From IMG/VR virus record IMGVR_UViG_3300030060_003575, positions 1 to 64,000 of that record: DNA of 64,000 nucleotides; one strand, given 5' to 3'. Below, piece by piece: positions 41,016 to 50,855 of the stretch. The translations under genes were made by a program, and so were the position numbers. The notes beneath the pieces were generated by a model that did not search any database, was not told where the DNA came from, and was given only the letters and a program-made list of their open reading frames with translations. Source of the stretch: a virus. Position 1 is the first letter of the stretch; each line of letters begins with the position of its first letter.

Positions 41016-41929
41016 AATCCTTCTACATCCAACGTTGATAGTTTATCCTTATCTATATTGAACATAGGATATAGTTTCTTAGTTGTCAATCTTTGTGCTA
41101 CTGCTGTGCATTTGCAAGCATCACAAATTGCCTGTTGAGTATGTTCAACCTTACCAATCTTTCTAAGCATAGAGGCTATCCAAACAGCAGAAGCCATATG
41201 ACTCCTTGTAAAATGAATATCTCTCAACGTTAGATAATCATGGATATAATTTACAACCGTCTTTGTTTCCGATGTAAACTCAATCGAGGCATCTAAGTCA
41301 GAACATATTCTATCAACCCAAGGATTAATAGGCATGTTTTGCAGTATGTTAGACTTGCCTAAATGTCTAGCAAAATGTCTAGCATACTTAGATACCTTAT
41401 GTGCATCTTCATTGTTTTGTTCTGCTATTTCAGATATTGTTATAGGAACCCCATTTTCTCTCAAACAAATAACAACAATCGCACATGCTCGTAATGGCAA
41501 TGTCACTCCCCTTAACTTATGGTCTAGATACAAAGAACGATAGTAACTGTGTACTCTGTCCTTTAACCCATGATTTGGTAGGAATGGTGACATAACCATA
41601 TTACATTCTAACAATCCCTTTTGAATAGAGGTTTCATGTGAACTACTTCTAAATCTCTTATTAGTCCTTCTAAGTTGTCTACTCAAACGACTGTTATCAT
41701 CATTACCAATTAGTGACCCTAATTCTCCGGGTCTATCTATTTCATTCTTATAGGTAAAATTACCTGCTTTCAATTGTTCATAGTCAATGGTTCGGTTTGT
41801 CTTATCCTCAAAGATATTACGAACCTGCACATAACCACAATCATCACAGACTGTTTCACCCATTCTATCATCATAACTAAAATTATTTCCATCACATTCT
41901 TCACATTTCATGAAATCACCGTGTCCCAA
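40997..41929 (-). CDS. tfb: transcription initiation factor TFIIB/TFB homologue
   Basis: Zn ribbon CEEC...GETVCDDCG followed by two cyclin-like repeats. Confidence 0.85.
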   Translation of the reverse strand: MGHGDFMKCEECDGNNFSYDDRMGETVCDDCGYVQVRNIFEDKTNRTIDYEQLKAGNFTYKNEIDRPGELGSLIGNDDNSRLSRQLRRTNKRFRSSSHETSIQKGLLECNMVMSPFLPNHGLKDRVHSYYRSLYLDHKLRGVTLPLRACAIVVICLRENGVPITISEIAEQNNEDAHKVSKYARHFARHLGKSNILQNMPINPWVDRICSDLDASIEFTSETKTVVNYIHDYLTLRDIHFTRSHMASAVWIASMLRKIGKVEHTQQAICDACKCTAVAQRLTTKKLYPMFNIDKDKLSTLDVEGFCAGIR

Positions 41930-43257
41930 TTATAATCTATATCCCCCATGAATTCCCAATCTAGACTAAATCTAGATTCTACTTTTCCTTCCATCACTCT
42001 ACGAGGAATATATCTACCTATTGTATTAACTAACTTTACAGTTACATTGTCATTCAATAGTGCTAATGCCCTAGCAGCATATTGGTCACCTAAACTAGAG
42101 TTAGCATGTATATTGTCAATACATATAGGCCCATTGAATCTACCTAGTAACTTAGTATCAAAGTCTGATGGATTAGTTATTGGCTGTGCCTCATCAGAAA
42201 TAAATACATATGTCTTTACTTTCTGAGTATCAGTCTTGTAAGCAGAATTAATGATAACCCAATCACATAGTTTACCTCTAACTAACATTACTTTATATCT
42301 GCTCCTGTGGTTAGTGTAATCTAGAATCTTAATCCTATCTGGGTATTTAACTTCAAGGCTGTTCATCAATTCCTTTGCCCTGTTCTCAATCATATCAGAT
42401 GTTCTGTTTTGAACAAGGAATTCTTCCATAAGTTCCAATGCTGCTTCGCTAGGTTCTTCACCCATAAGTTTAGTCCATAACTTCTTAGGTGTAGTATTAG
42501 CCCATGTCTTTGCTCTAGAATGTTCATGATAAAAATAGTTAACCATAATATCTAAATCAGCAACGTTGATTGGTGCCCAAATACCATCTGATATTTCAAT
42601 AGCGGCTTCTGTATTACTAATCAACACAGTGTTTAACCTACAACTAACCTTCTCTCTTTCCTTTACGTTAAAGTACCAGAATGGTGTTCTGTTTTCCAAT
42701 ACATAGGTAACATTCTCTGGCATTGTTATCATTCTAATTACATATTCGAGTAAAGGTTGCGCCTCTTTCTCAAAGCAAGAACGGTAAATATATCTAGATA
42801 AAGCAAAAAGCAAATTCTTCTTTCTAACTCTTTGATTCATCATCTTGTAATATGTCTGTCCCTTTTCAACCATTACGGCCATACTGCTTTCGGGCAATAC
42901 AAAAGCCATTTTAAATTGCTTAGGAACATGATTACGGTAACTGTTTCTTGAACCCCAACCTAACACAGTCTGAAGAACATTCTTTAGTTCAACCATCAAA
43001 GGTTCTCCTTTATCATATGCTCTTTGCTGCAACTTACAATTTACAATTGTCCTTTCTATCTCTCTATTATTCTCAACAATAGCAAGATAACTCTTACCAC
43101 TATATCTACGCATCTTTAGCCTTTCAATAGGGTAAGTAGAGTATATATCCACCTTTGTCTGGTGAAAACTACTATCATCATTTGCTGAGTATATTCTAAA
43201 TACACACTCATGCTTATTTCCATAATGGTCAAACATTTTAATTCCTCGGTTTCTCAT
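41908..43257 (-). CDS. hypothetical protein with candidate C-terminal E2 (UBC)-like domain
   Basis: Four predicted strands then NGPICIDNI...ALALLND, resembling the E2 NGxICLDIL...SLLxD active-site segment; no HPN motif. Confidence 0.4.
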   Translation of the reverse strand: MRNRGIKMFDHYGNKHECVFRIYSANDDSSFHQTKVDIYSTYPIERLKMRRYSGKSYLAIVENNREIERTIVNCKLQQRAYDKGEPLMVELKNVLQTVLGWGSRNSYRNHVPKQFKMAFVLPESSMAVMVEKGQTYYKMMNQRVRKKNLLFALSRYIYRSCFEKEAQPLLEYVIRMITMPENVTYVLENRTPFWYFNVKEREKVSCRLNTVLISNTEAAIEISDGIWAPINVADLDIMVNYFYHEHSRAKTWANTTPKKLWTKLMGEEPSEAALELMEEFLVQNRTSDMIENRAKELMNSLEVKYPDRIKILDYTNHRSRYKVMLVRGKLCDWVIINSAYKTDTQKVKTYVFISDEAQPITNPSDFDTKLLGRFNGPICIDNIHANSSLGDQYAARALALLNDNVTVKLVNTIGRYIPRRVMEGKVESRFSLDWEFMGDIDYNWDTVIS

Positions 43258-43633
43258 TTACTAGAAGAAAGTCCGGTGGCTTTTGAATAAACTTACCATT
43301 TACATGGAATGTTCTCCATCCTAACTTTCTTCTCTCTTCCCACTTATCTTGCTTTCTAGTAAACCAACCACTCTTCTTCAATTCCTGTAGATAGGGTAGT
43401 TTGCATCCTTTCAAGAAAGCATATACTATTATAACATCTTTCGGTAACTTCTTAAACTGAGTCCAAGAATAGGTAATACCTTCAATGGTTGGTCTTTCTA
43501 ACCCATTACCTTTACTCTTACCGAAGCCGTCACTTCTCTTACGCTTAATCTTATTATCTCTAAGATACTTTTGAAGTCCTGCTATAATTTCACTCTTGGT
43601 GTAATCACCATACAATTCTACTATTTCACTCAT
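43238..43633 (-). CDS. hypothetical basic protein
   Basis: Coupled ORF in operon. Confidence 0.55.
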   Translation of the reverse strand: MSEIVELYGDYTKSEIIAGLQKYLRDNKIKRKRSDGFGKSKGNGLERPTIEGITYSWTQFKKLPKDVIIVYAFLKGCKLPYLQELKKSGWFTRKQDKWEERRKLGWRTFHVNGKFIQKPPDFLLVNEKPRN

Positions 43634-44069
43634 TTATATCAACCTCAACATATTCTACGTCCTTTACATAGTAACCTGTGTGTAGTCTAACATTAAACTT
43701 ACCCAACGGTACAATGCTTATAAATTCCAACTCAAGTCTCTTTCTTCTCTCGTTGAATTTATACTTCCAGATGATGTGCTTATCTCGCCATCTTGTGCAT
43801 TGAAACTTCTTTCGCTTTGCTACCTTTTCGATAGCGGTTGCTATTTTCAATACATCTTCGACTTCTGCATCTGGCACTCTTTCTTCAAGCCTCTCAATAA
43901 AGTGTGGAGTGAAGATTGCCCAAAAGAAATGGAACCCGTCTTCTTTTATCACCTTTTCGTGAATAGCAGAAAACGGATTGAAGTATTTGCCACATGCTGT
44001 GCATACCATCTTTCCATTACCTTTCATCTCAAATTTATCATTTCCACATCTACAGTCATTAAATCTCAT
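43626..44069 (-). CDS. Zn-ribbon-containing hypothetical protein
   Basis: CRCG...CTACG N-terminus. Confidence 0.55.
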   Translation of the reverse strand: MRFNDCRCGNDKFEMKGNGKMVCTACGKYFNPFSAIHEKVIKEDGFHFFWAIFTPHFIERLEERVPDAEVEDVLKIATAIEKVAKRKKFQCTRWRDKHIIWKYKFNERRKRLELEFISIVPLGKFNVRLHTGYYVKDVEYVEVDINE

Positions 44070-44448
44070 TTTTATTCGCCTCTATATAGTTTGCTAATTG
44101 TTTCATTTCCATTATTTTAGTGTTGAATTCACTGTCGTCTTTTGCTTTACCAGAACATATGTAAATACGCTTGGCAAATCTTAACCAATCTCTCACAGAA
44201 TACTTACCAGTAATAGTATCCTGCGTTGCCCTGTCAAATGATGCATGTAAAGTTTCCGCATTGTGATACGGATACCTTGCACTCTTTGACAAGATTGTAG
44301 GCAATATATGTTCAATCTCATGCATTTCGTCACGCATATATGATGCGATTAATGCAACGTGTTCTGGTGTTCTTATAATCTGGTGACTATATTTCACACG
44401 CACCGCCACCACACGCTGGTTCATCACCAAAATTAGTATCATCATCAT
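44059..44448 (-). CDS. hypothetical protein
   Basis: ORF in operon; true start probably downstream of the nrdJ stop. Confidence 0.45.
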   Translation of the reverse strand: MMMILILVMNQRVVAVRVKYSHQIIRTPEHVALIASYMRDEMHEIEHILPTILSKSARYPYHNAETLHASFDRATQDTITGKYSVRDWLRFAKRIYICSGKAKDDSEFNTKIMEMKQLANYIEANKNEI

Positions 44449-46270
44449 ATTCTATTATTTGCGTTAGGTCTAATGCCTTTAGAGATTTCATCATTTCTTC
44501 ATAAGTACCTTTAGTACAAGCCTCAAATGGTGCTTGCACATATACTGAATCATCATTAGGGAAACAGGATAATCCATTGTAGAAGTGTCTGTTTAGCCAC
44601 ATCCACTCTCCAACTTCATTCCAATCATTCTTATTGATGTAAACAGTTGCTGATACATTGTGGGTATTCTGTCCATTACTATGTCCAGGGTTTACCCATC
44701 TAACCGTTGTGTTCTTTACTCTTTCTAAGAACATAAACGTGTCTTCTTGCTTCTTCAATAATGCACCTACTGGTGCTTTCTGTGGTATCTCAATAATCAT
44801 TCCATCAGGATTGAATTGGTCTTCAACAATCAATTCTGGATGGTTTTCTACCAGATAACCACAGATTGCCTCAGTCTTTCCAACTCTTATTCTTCTGATG
44901 TAATAATCGTTATGCCATGCATGTATACCAGAAGATGAACCACAAACCATAGATGCAGTACCACTTGGCTTAACACAAGTAATCCTAGCAGCAGCGTTTA
45001 TTCCTAGAACATCTGCCCATTTCTTGTTAACTTCCTTAGCCATGTATGCAGTACCAGTAATGTCTAGATTAGTTACCTTATTGGATGCTAGTCCTGTCAT
45101 TGATACACCTAGTAATGCATCCTTCTCAGTCGTTGTCTTCCATATATCTCTTAGATAGTGGAAGTCAGTATAAGATGCTTGAAGAGTACCTAGTATAGTA
45201 GCGGCCTCAACTCTAGCATTCAAATCTTCTTGGTCAACAACACTTGAAGAATTTATTTCTGTCAAATTACAGAATTGATAGGGTCTAAGAGCAATCTCGC
45301 AGCAAGGATTCGTTCCCCAATCTTTATCATTTGTTAGATAAATACCCGGTTCTCCAGAACCACCTGCTTCAATTCTATCCCATATCTTATCAAAGAAGTC
45401 TTTCTTTATCCTGTGTCTTAGTAATACTACAGAATTGTTAGCACGTTGTCTCTGAGGATTCTTCTCCCAAAACTGTCCTGCTTTACAATTCATCATGTGT
45501 GCATCATCAGCACTAAACAAAGCAATCAAAGCGGCCCTTCTATTACCACCTGCTGTTACTGCATCTGCAAGATGGCACATAATATCATGGCACTCTAAAG
45601 TAGATAGTTGTTCACCATCTTCCTTTGTTTGTAGTATATTCTCTACTTTAACCATACATTCTCTCAATGGTTCAGGGCCGGGTGCTCTACCGCCTCTTGT
45701 CTTTAACCTTGCACCTTTCGGTCTAATATCATCATAGATAAATCTAGGTCGCTGAGTCAATTCACCAGTATAAGAACGGAATAGTTCTTTAACTGCATCT
45801 GCCCAACCAATAATAGAATCCTGAATAACAATCTTTCTTGTTCTATCTTTGTTTGGTTGTTTAATCTCAGGCAGTTGTCTAACGTGATGTTGTTGAACAG
45901 AATATCCTAATCCTGTCCCATTCATCAACAAAAACATTGCTTCATGGAAACACTCAACCGAATCCACAGGCATGTATGAACAGTTGTAAATACTGTTAGG
46001 TGATACTTCAATAGCCTTACCTGCATATTGCATAGACCTCATAGATGGAAGTATCTTAAATGGTAATACATAGTGCTCATAAATATCTACAACCTTAGTG
46101 TAGTATTCAGACATCTCCCCATATCCCATCTCTTTTAACTTATTCAAATGCATATCTCTGTTTCTATATACAATCTCTTCCCATGTTTCTTTCCTTAACG
46201 CTTCTGGTAGCCACTTGGCATACTTCATGTATATCGTTATGTCACTCATTATTTTACTTGCTAATTCCAT
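44387..46270 (-). CDS. nrdJ: class II (adenosylcobalamin-dependent) ribonucleotide reductase
   Basis: YNCS, TNPCCEI, VKPSGT and C-terminal CGGGAC; no small-subunit gene nearby. Confidence 0.9.
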   Translation of the reverse strand: MELASKIMSDITIYMKYAKWLPEALRKETWEEIVYRNRDMHLNKLKEMGYGEMSEYYTKVVDIYEHYVLPFKILPSMRSMQYAGKAIEVSPNSIYNCSYMPVDSVECFHEAMFLLMNGTGLGYSVQQHHVRQLPEIKQPNKDRTRKIVIQDSIIGWADAVKELFRSYTGELTQRPRFIYDDIRPKGARLKTRGGRAPGPEPLRECMVKVENILQTKEDGEQLSTLECHDIMCHLADAVTAGGNRRAALIALFSADDAHMMNCKAGQFWEKNPQRQRANNSVVLLRHRIKKDFFDKIWDRIEAGGSGEPGIYLTNDKDWGTNPCCEIALRPYQFCNLTEINSSSVVDQEDLNARVEAATILGTLQASYTDFHYLRDIWKTTTEKDALLGVSMTGLASNKVTNLDITGTAYMAKEVNKKWADVLGINAAARITCVKPSGTASMVCGSSSGIHAWHNDYYIRRIRVGKTEAICGYLVENHPELIVEDQFNPDGMIIEIPQKAPVGALLKKQEDTFMFLERVKNTTVRWVNPGHSNGQNTHNVSATVYINKNDWNEVGEWMWLNRHFYNGLSCFPNDDSVYVQAPFEACTKGTYEEMMKSLKALDLTQIIEYDDDTNFGDEPACGGGACEI

Positions 46271-46271
46271 T

Positions 46272-46655
46272 TTAACACCTTACTGTTTTCCTATATGGCA
46301 TTTCTGCTAGATTGGTAAATGCCGTAACCCATTCGCCGGACTTTTTAATTGCCCATTGCTTTTCTATTTTAATTTCCCATTCAGGGAAAGTCTCTATTGC
46401 CTTAATTCCATATCTTTCAATCATTTGATTAAAGTCTGTGAAAGTGTGGCCATCATATATAACTTGCATTTCCCCATCACAAACAATTAATGCTTTTGTG
46501 CTATATGCAAATACATGACCTAATGGATAAAAGTCTGCTCTAACTACAGCCAATCCATCGTGAGTCATAAAATCTTCTTTTATGTTCCAACCAAATATTC
46601 TCATTAAATCTGGTAGAACATTTTCATCTACAAAATTAATATTATCCTTTAACAT
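46272..46655 (-). CDS. hypothetical protein
   Basis: 127-aa ORF in operon. Confidence 0.55.
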   Translation of the reverse strand: MLKDNINFVDENVLPDLMRIFGWNIKEDFMTHDGLAVVRADFYPLGHVFAYSTKALIVCDGEMQVIYDGHTFTDFNQMIERYGIKAIETFPEWEIKIEKQWAIKKSGEWVTAFTNLAEMPYRKTVRC

Positions 46656-46673
46656 TCATTTGCCCCCTTTTTG

Positions 46674-46712
46674 TGAGGGTGGGACGTTGAAGGCTATACG
46701 CCCCAACCCTCA
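46674..46712 (-). terminator. GC-rich hairpin downstream of the Ubl gene
   Basis: Minus strand GAGGGTTGGGGCGT...ACGTCCCACCCTC. Confidence 0.4.
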
Positions 46713-46723
46713 ATACCAGTGTT

Positions 46724-46930
46724 TTACTGGATACCGCCAACAATGGCTGGTATTAAATCTACAGACTCAACGGAGTCCCAACTTACTGATGAAATCATTT
46801 CTCTGGAGGTTAAGTCGCCATCAATAACTACCCAATGTGAAGGGTGGTCGTTTATTTGGTCTATAACCTTCTCAGCCGTCTGATTTACCAGTTCTGTATG
46901 TCCTGTCTCATTAATTATCGTCAATAACAT
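46724..46930 (-). CDS. ubiquitin-like (ThiS/MoaD/SAMP-type beta-grasp) protein with GG-IQ C-terminus
   Basis: About 68 aa after a GAGG RBS; VVIDG...VDLIPAIVGG-IQ-stop. Confidence 0.75.
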   Translation of the reverse strand: MLLTIINETGHTELVNQTAEKVIDQINDHPSHWVVIDGDLTSREMISSVSWDSVESVDLIPAIVGGIQ

Positions 46931-46970
46931 ATTCATTCCTCGGTAATTTTTTGTAAAGCAAGCCGCCTTA

Positions 46971-47174
46971 TCAATCTTGCGCTTGCCTTCCTTCCAATAG
47001 CCTAGCAGTAAGCAGGTTAATGGTTTCTTCATATTTGTTTACTAAAACAGCCAAATTCCTATTAGCCGTTACTAGGGATTGATACCCTACACTTAACTGG
47101 TTAAGTTGCTCAGTCGCCTTTTCCAACTCTTCTTCCAGTTCCTTCTTGGTCTTAGTCTTTTCACTCATGTCCAA
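46971..47174 (-). CDS. small coiled-coil protein
   Basis: Heptad-rich 67-aa ORF. Confidence 0.55.
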   Translation of the reverse strand: MDMSEKTKTKKELEEELEKATEQLNQLSVGYQSLVTANRNLAVLVNKYEETINLLTARLLEGRQAQD

Positions 47175-48322
47175 TCATTCCTTGTATTATCGCGCTTTAG
47201 TTTTTTTATCCAAGAACTCGCGTCATGCTTGGAGATTTCATCAAGGTCGCCTTCATACCCTAACTTAATCAAATAGTCCTTTTGTTTCTGTGTGGCTAAT
47301 TCAACGTTCCCATCACCGTTTACTATATCCCACAGTTTATTCACTTGATTTTCACTCAAAACAGTACCATTTAACATTTTCTTCTTAATATCTTTAAGGA
47401 AACTTTCTTCCCAATTGTCCTTACCCTGTTCAGGAACAAACGGTTTTATTCCATAATACTCACAGGCTTCGGCAAATTCTTCCGAATGTGTGATGTTCTC
47501 AAGGTTTGCCACAACTTTTTGCTTCCTTTCAAAGTCTCTCGTCTTGGCTCTCTTTTGATTTCTATCAAATTCTTCCAGAGTCTCGCGTCTTTTAGCCAAC
47601 ATTTTGTCCTCTTTTTCCACTTCTGCCTCTGCCTGTTCCACGTTAAAGAAGAACATCAACAAATCGCTGTAAAGTTTCTGATTAGGAAAACCGTAGGTAT
47701 TTATCTGCGCTTTTGGATTATCTGGATGATTCCATCTCCAAACTATAGAAGCCATTCTATAGCCGGGTTGTCCATACTTTCCACTTGAAGACTTACGGAT
47801 ATAGGTTTTATCTCGATACATTTTGTGGTATGCATCATAATATCTACCTTTCTTTCTAACGTTCACTCTTAGGTCAAGGTCTTTGACCCTATCAAACATA
47901 TTAGTAAACTGCTCCCCATGTAGTCTCCACCAAGCATTTCTCTTTAACGCTTGAACTCTAACAGTAATCCATTCCTCTATCATTTCATCAGTAATCTGGT
48001 CATCTGCTAAACCAGTTTCTTCTTTGATAGCCCTAAAGATTAGGTAAGAGTTAATGTGGTCTGAACCTACACATTCACGCACACCAGTCTCAGTATTGTG
48101 AATCTCAAAGTGATATACTATATCATGTCCACATAAACACTTACGAATATGTTTCTTTGCCCATTCGGGTGGGTCACCCAATTCACTCCACCAAACTTCA
48201 CCAGTGGCTATCCACTCATGTTTGGCATCATCGTAATTATCAGCCTTGGATAGAATAACCATATTTTCTATTAGTTTTCTATCCCAACGACCATTACCTA
48301 ATTGTCTATTAGGCTTAACCAT
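47165..48322 (-). CDS. hypothetical protein with Cys/His metal-binding motif
   Basis: CLCGH.I...HN..TG...VGSDHI. Confidence 0.6.
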   Translation of the reverse strand: MVKPNRQLGNGRWDRKLIENMVILSKADNYDDAKHEWIATGEVWWSELGDPPEWAKKHIRKCLCGHDIVYHFEIHNTETGVRECVGSDHINSYLIFRAIKEETGLADDQITDEMIEEWITVRVQALKRNAWWRLHGEQFTNMFDRVKDLDLRVNVRKKGRYYDAYHKMYRDKTYIRKSSSGKYGQPGYRMASIVWRWNHPDNPKAQINTYGFPNQKLYSDLLMFFFNVEQAEAEVEKEDKMLAKRRETLEEFDRNQKRAKTRDFERKQKVVANLENITHSEEFAEACEYYGIKPFVPEQGKDNWEESFLKDIKKKMLNGTVLSENQVNKLWDIVNGDGNVELATQKQKDYLIKLGYEGDLDEISKHDASSWIKKLKRDNTRNDWT

Positions 48323-48771
48323 TAGGCATTACTCCCTGCTGGCCCCTTATCATACTTATCATATGGGGTATTAGTCTGATGTTTAAATCTATTCAATTTA
48401 GACTGCGTTGCTTGCCTTCTTCTTGCTATTGCATTGTTCTTCGTTAATTCATCAACAGCAATACGTGAAAACTGGGGCTGATTACCTCCTGCACCAGTCA
48501 ATAAATAATCCCACACTTTAATAGTGCTGTCTTTATTTTTAAGTGTATACATGAAATATCTGCCTTCCTTTTTTGCCTTCTCTCTTACTTCTGTTGTCCA
48601 CTCTAATCCTCTTTCAAATATAGTGAGGTCTTCTCTATAATCATTCGGCATTGGAGGAACACCGTCTATTTGCATAACATTCTTTCTGTCTACAACAACA
48701 TAGACTTTACCAGAGTATTGTCCTTTTATTCCTCTGACAATTTCGCCATCTGTTAATACTTTATATGCCAT
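48322..48771 (-). CDS. hypothetical protein
   Basis: Coupled ORF. Confidence 0.55.
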   Translation of the reverse strand: MAYKVLTDGEIVRGIKGQYSGKVYVVVDRKNVMQIDGVPPMPNDYREDLTIFERGLEWTTEVREKAKKEGRYFMYTLKNKDSTIKVWDYLLTGAGGNQPQFSRIAVDELTKNNAIARRRQATQSKLNRFKHQTNTPYDKYDKGPAGSNA

Positions 48772-49186
48772 TATTCTTCCTCTTCGTTTGTATTATAGTA
48801 CAAAAGATGGTAAATTGCATCATTCAAATAAGTTTCATCGTTCACATTATAATTGATGAGCAATTCTATTATTTGTTCCATGCCTTCATCTGTTTGTGCT
48901 TTCTTCATCGTTGCTCTAATCAATTCTAGATTCATTTAGATACCTCTCATATACATTCTTATCCCAATACCAAATTGCTGCGATTGCTACTGTTGCATAC
49001 AAAGCAAACAGTTCTGCAAAATCCCTAAAGGTATATTCTATTTTCTCAATCCACGGATGGTAGTTATAATTCACTTTGAAAACCTCCGTAGTTTGGCTAC
49101 TCTCCTACAATGAGCGCAGGGTGATTGCTTATGAATTGCTCCCTTCGGGATGCCGAATCCGCAAACCTCACAATTATGTTTAGCCA

Positions 49187-49378
49187 TTATTGCACACCTG
49201 CCTTGTAATCATACCATTCCAAGAATGGTACTGTTTTAGTCTCTATGGTGAATATAGTTCCACTACATAGATGCACTTCAACAAACCCATCATCTGTTCT
49301 TGTTACTGCTGCTATCTGTTCATATTTAAATCTGGTATAACCAGTTCCTGTCTTATAATAATTATCTATCTCATTCAT
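49187..49378 (-). CDS. hypothetical protein
   Basis: 63-aa ORF with GAGGA RBS. Confidence 0.55.
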   Translation of the reverse strand: MNEIDNYYKTGTGYTRFKYEQIAAVTRTDDGFVEVHLCSGTIFTIETKTVPFLEWYDYKAGVQ

Positions 49379-49671
49379 ATTTATTCCTCAAAAATTTCTT
49401 TGCATCTTCCAAACTATCAATTATTTGAACTTGATGCATAATGCCCAAATGGACTTTCTTCCTCTTTTTGTCTTCTATATATTGGTCAGCCATCCATTGC
49501 CTGAGTCTTAACGCTTCTAACTTATCTAATACTATTAAATAATCCATTATTCTTCCTCCATACTAGGTATAGTCACTAAGACTACTTTACAATCATCACA
49601 CAAATCATCCATTCTTGTCATCCATTCGTTACAAGTTGGACACTTTACTGATACTCTTCCCGACATACTTT

Positions 49672-49920
49672 TCACTCCATTTTCTGGAATGCTCTTTGGT
49701 CTGCTAGATGACTTGTTAATAGTTCATCTATCTTACCAAACAATGCTTCTGCACATCCTCCAATAGTCTTTCTATGTAAACATAGCCAAATCGCATAATC
49801 ACGATTGATAACTACCTTTGGTTGGTCTTGCTCATCCATAGTTATTACTATGGGTGGCATATCCACATCTTCAATTAAACGAAACTCAATCTCCCTTTTA
49901 TCTTGTTCCTCTAATCTCAT
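49672..49920 (-). CDS. hypothetical protein
   Basis: Coupled ORF. Confidence 0.55.
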   Translation of the reverse strand: MRLEEQDKREIEFRLIEDVDMPPIVITMDEQDQPKVVINRDYAIWLCLHRKTIGGCAEALFGKIDELLTSHLADQRAFQKME

Positions 49921-50294
49921 TCTATTCCCACCGCTTTATCTTTTGTTTCCTTGAGCCTTTGTTCTTGGTCAAAAGAATTCTTTTGAATCTCTAGTTCATT
50001 ATCTAGATTCTTGATTCTAAAGACGGCAGAATCAACTACCTGTCTTTCTTCCAATAACGTCCACTTTGGCATATTTAGCCATTCTATCTTCATTACAAGA
50101 GGGTAGGCAATACTTACCATCTGTCCCTCTTTCGTCTTAAGGTTCAAGAAGGAGTTTGCCATTGGCATATTGACATAAATCATCTCTCCTTCTATAGTCT
50201 CCAAACTCTCCCCATAGTCCTCAGACTCCTTATACTTATCCATTGAGTATGTTACTCTCATGTTTAACTTGTTTTCTTTTTTCCAACTTTTCAT
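49917..50294 (-). CDS. hypothetical protein
   Basis: 125-aa ORF with GAGGT RBS. Confidence 0.55.
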   Translation of the reverse strand: MKSWKKENKLNMRVTYSMDKYKESEDYGESLETIEGEMIYVNMPMANSFLNLKTKEGQMVSIAYPLVMKIEWLNMPKWTLLEERQVVDSAVFRIKNLDNELEIQKNSFDQEQRLKETKDKAVGIE

Positions 50295-50511
50295 TTTATT
50301 ACCTCGTAATTGTCCTATCTTTCAGAACCTATTAAGGGTTTGCCCTCACGTTATTAAACCATCCACCATAACGCTTGCATTCTTCCTTAACATAACAATC
50401 ACATGGTTCTGGTATGTATTCACCGATTGCTATCTGTTTCATTATTATTCCTTTTATACATTTTTTGCATTCTTTCATTTTTATTTGCCTCCTATAAATA
50501 TAGGTTTGAAT

Positions 50512-50598
50512 TGGTTGCGGGAGGGGGATTTGAACCCCCGAAGCACTACGCACCGAATCTTAAGTCCGGCCCCTTTGACCATACTTGGGAATCCCGCA
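50512..50598 (-). tRNA. tRNA-Leu(TAA) with encoded CCA
   Basis: Acceptor TGCGGGA/TCCCGCA, anticodon arm CCGGA-CTTAAGA-TTCGG, long variable arm, T arm GGGGG-TTCAAAT-CCCCC, A-CCA end. Confidence 0.93.
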
Positions 50599-50855
50599 TT
50601 ATGATTGAGCAAAGGAAAAAGGAGGGAGAACGAATCCCTAAATCTCGGAAGATAACACAAGAGAACTTCTACCTTTTATTACCGATTCAAAACCTTTGCT
50701 CAATAGTGAGTTTAATTGTGTAGGAAAAGCAAACGATTACAATATTACTTGTGCCGAGCATCAATCGTTGTATTGGGTTTAATTGATTACTATGTCAACA
50801 GGGGCAACCCGTTATTTTTGCTTTTTAGTTACAAACCTACCTTTATCCATTAGGA

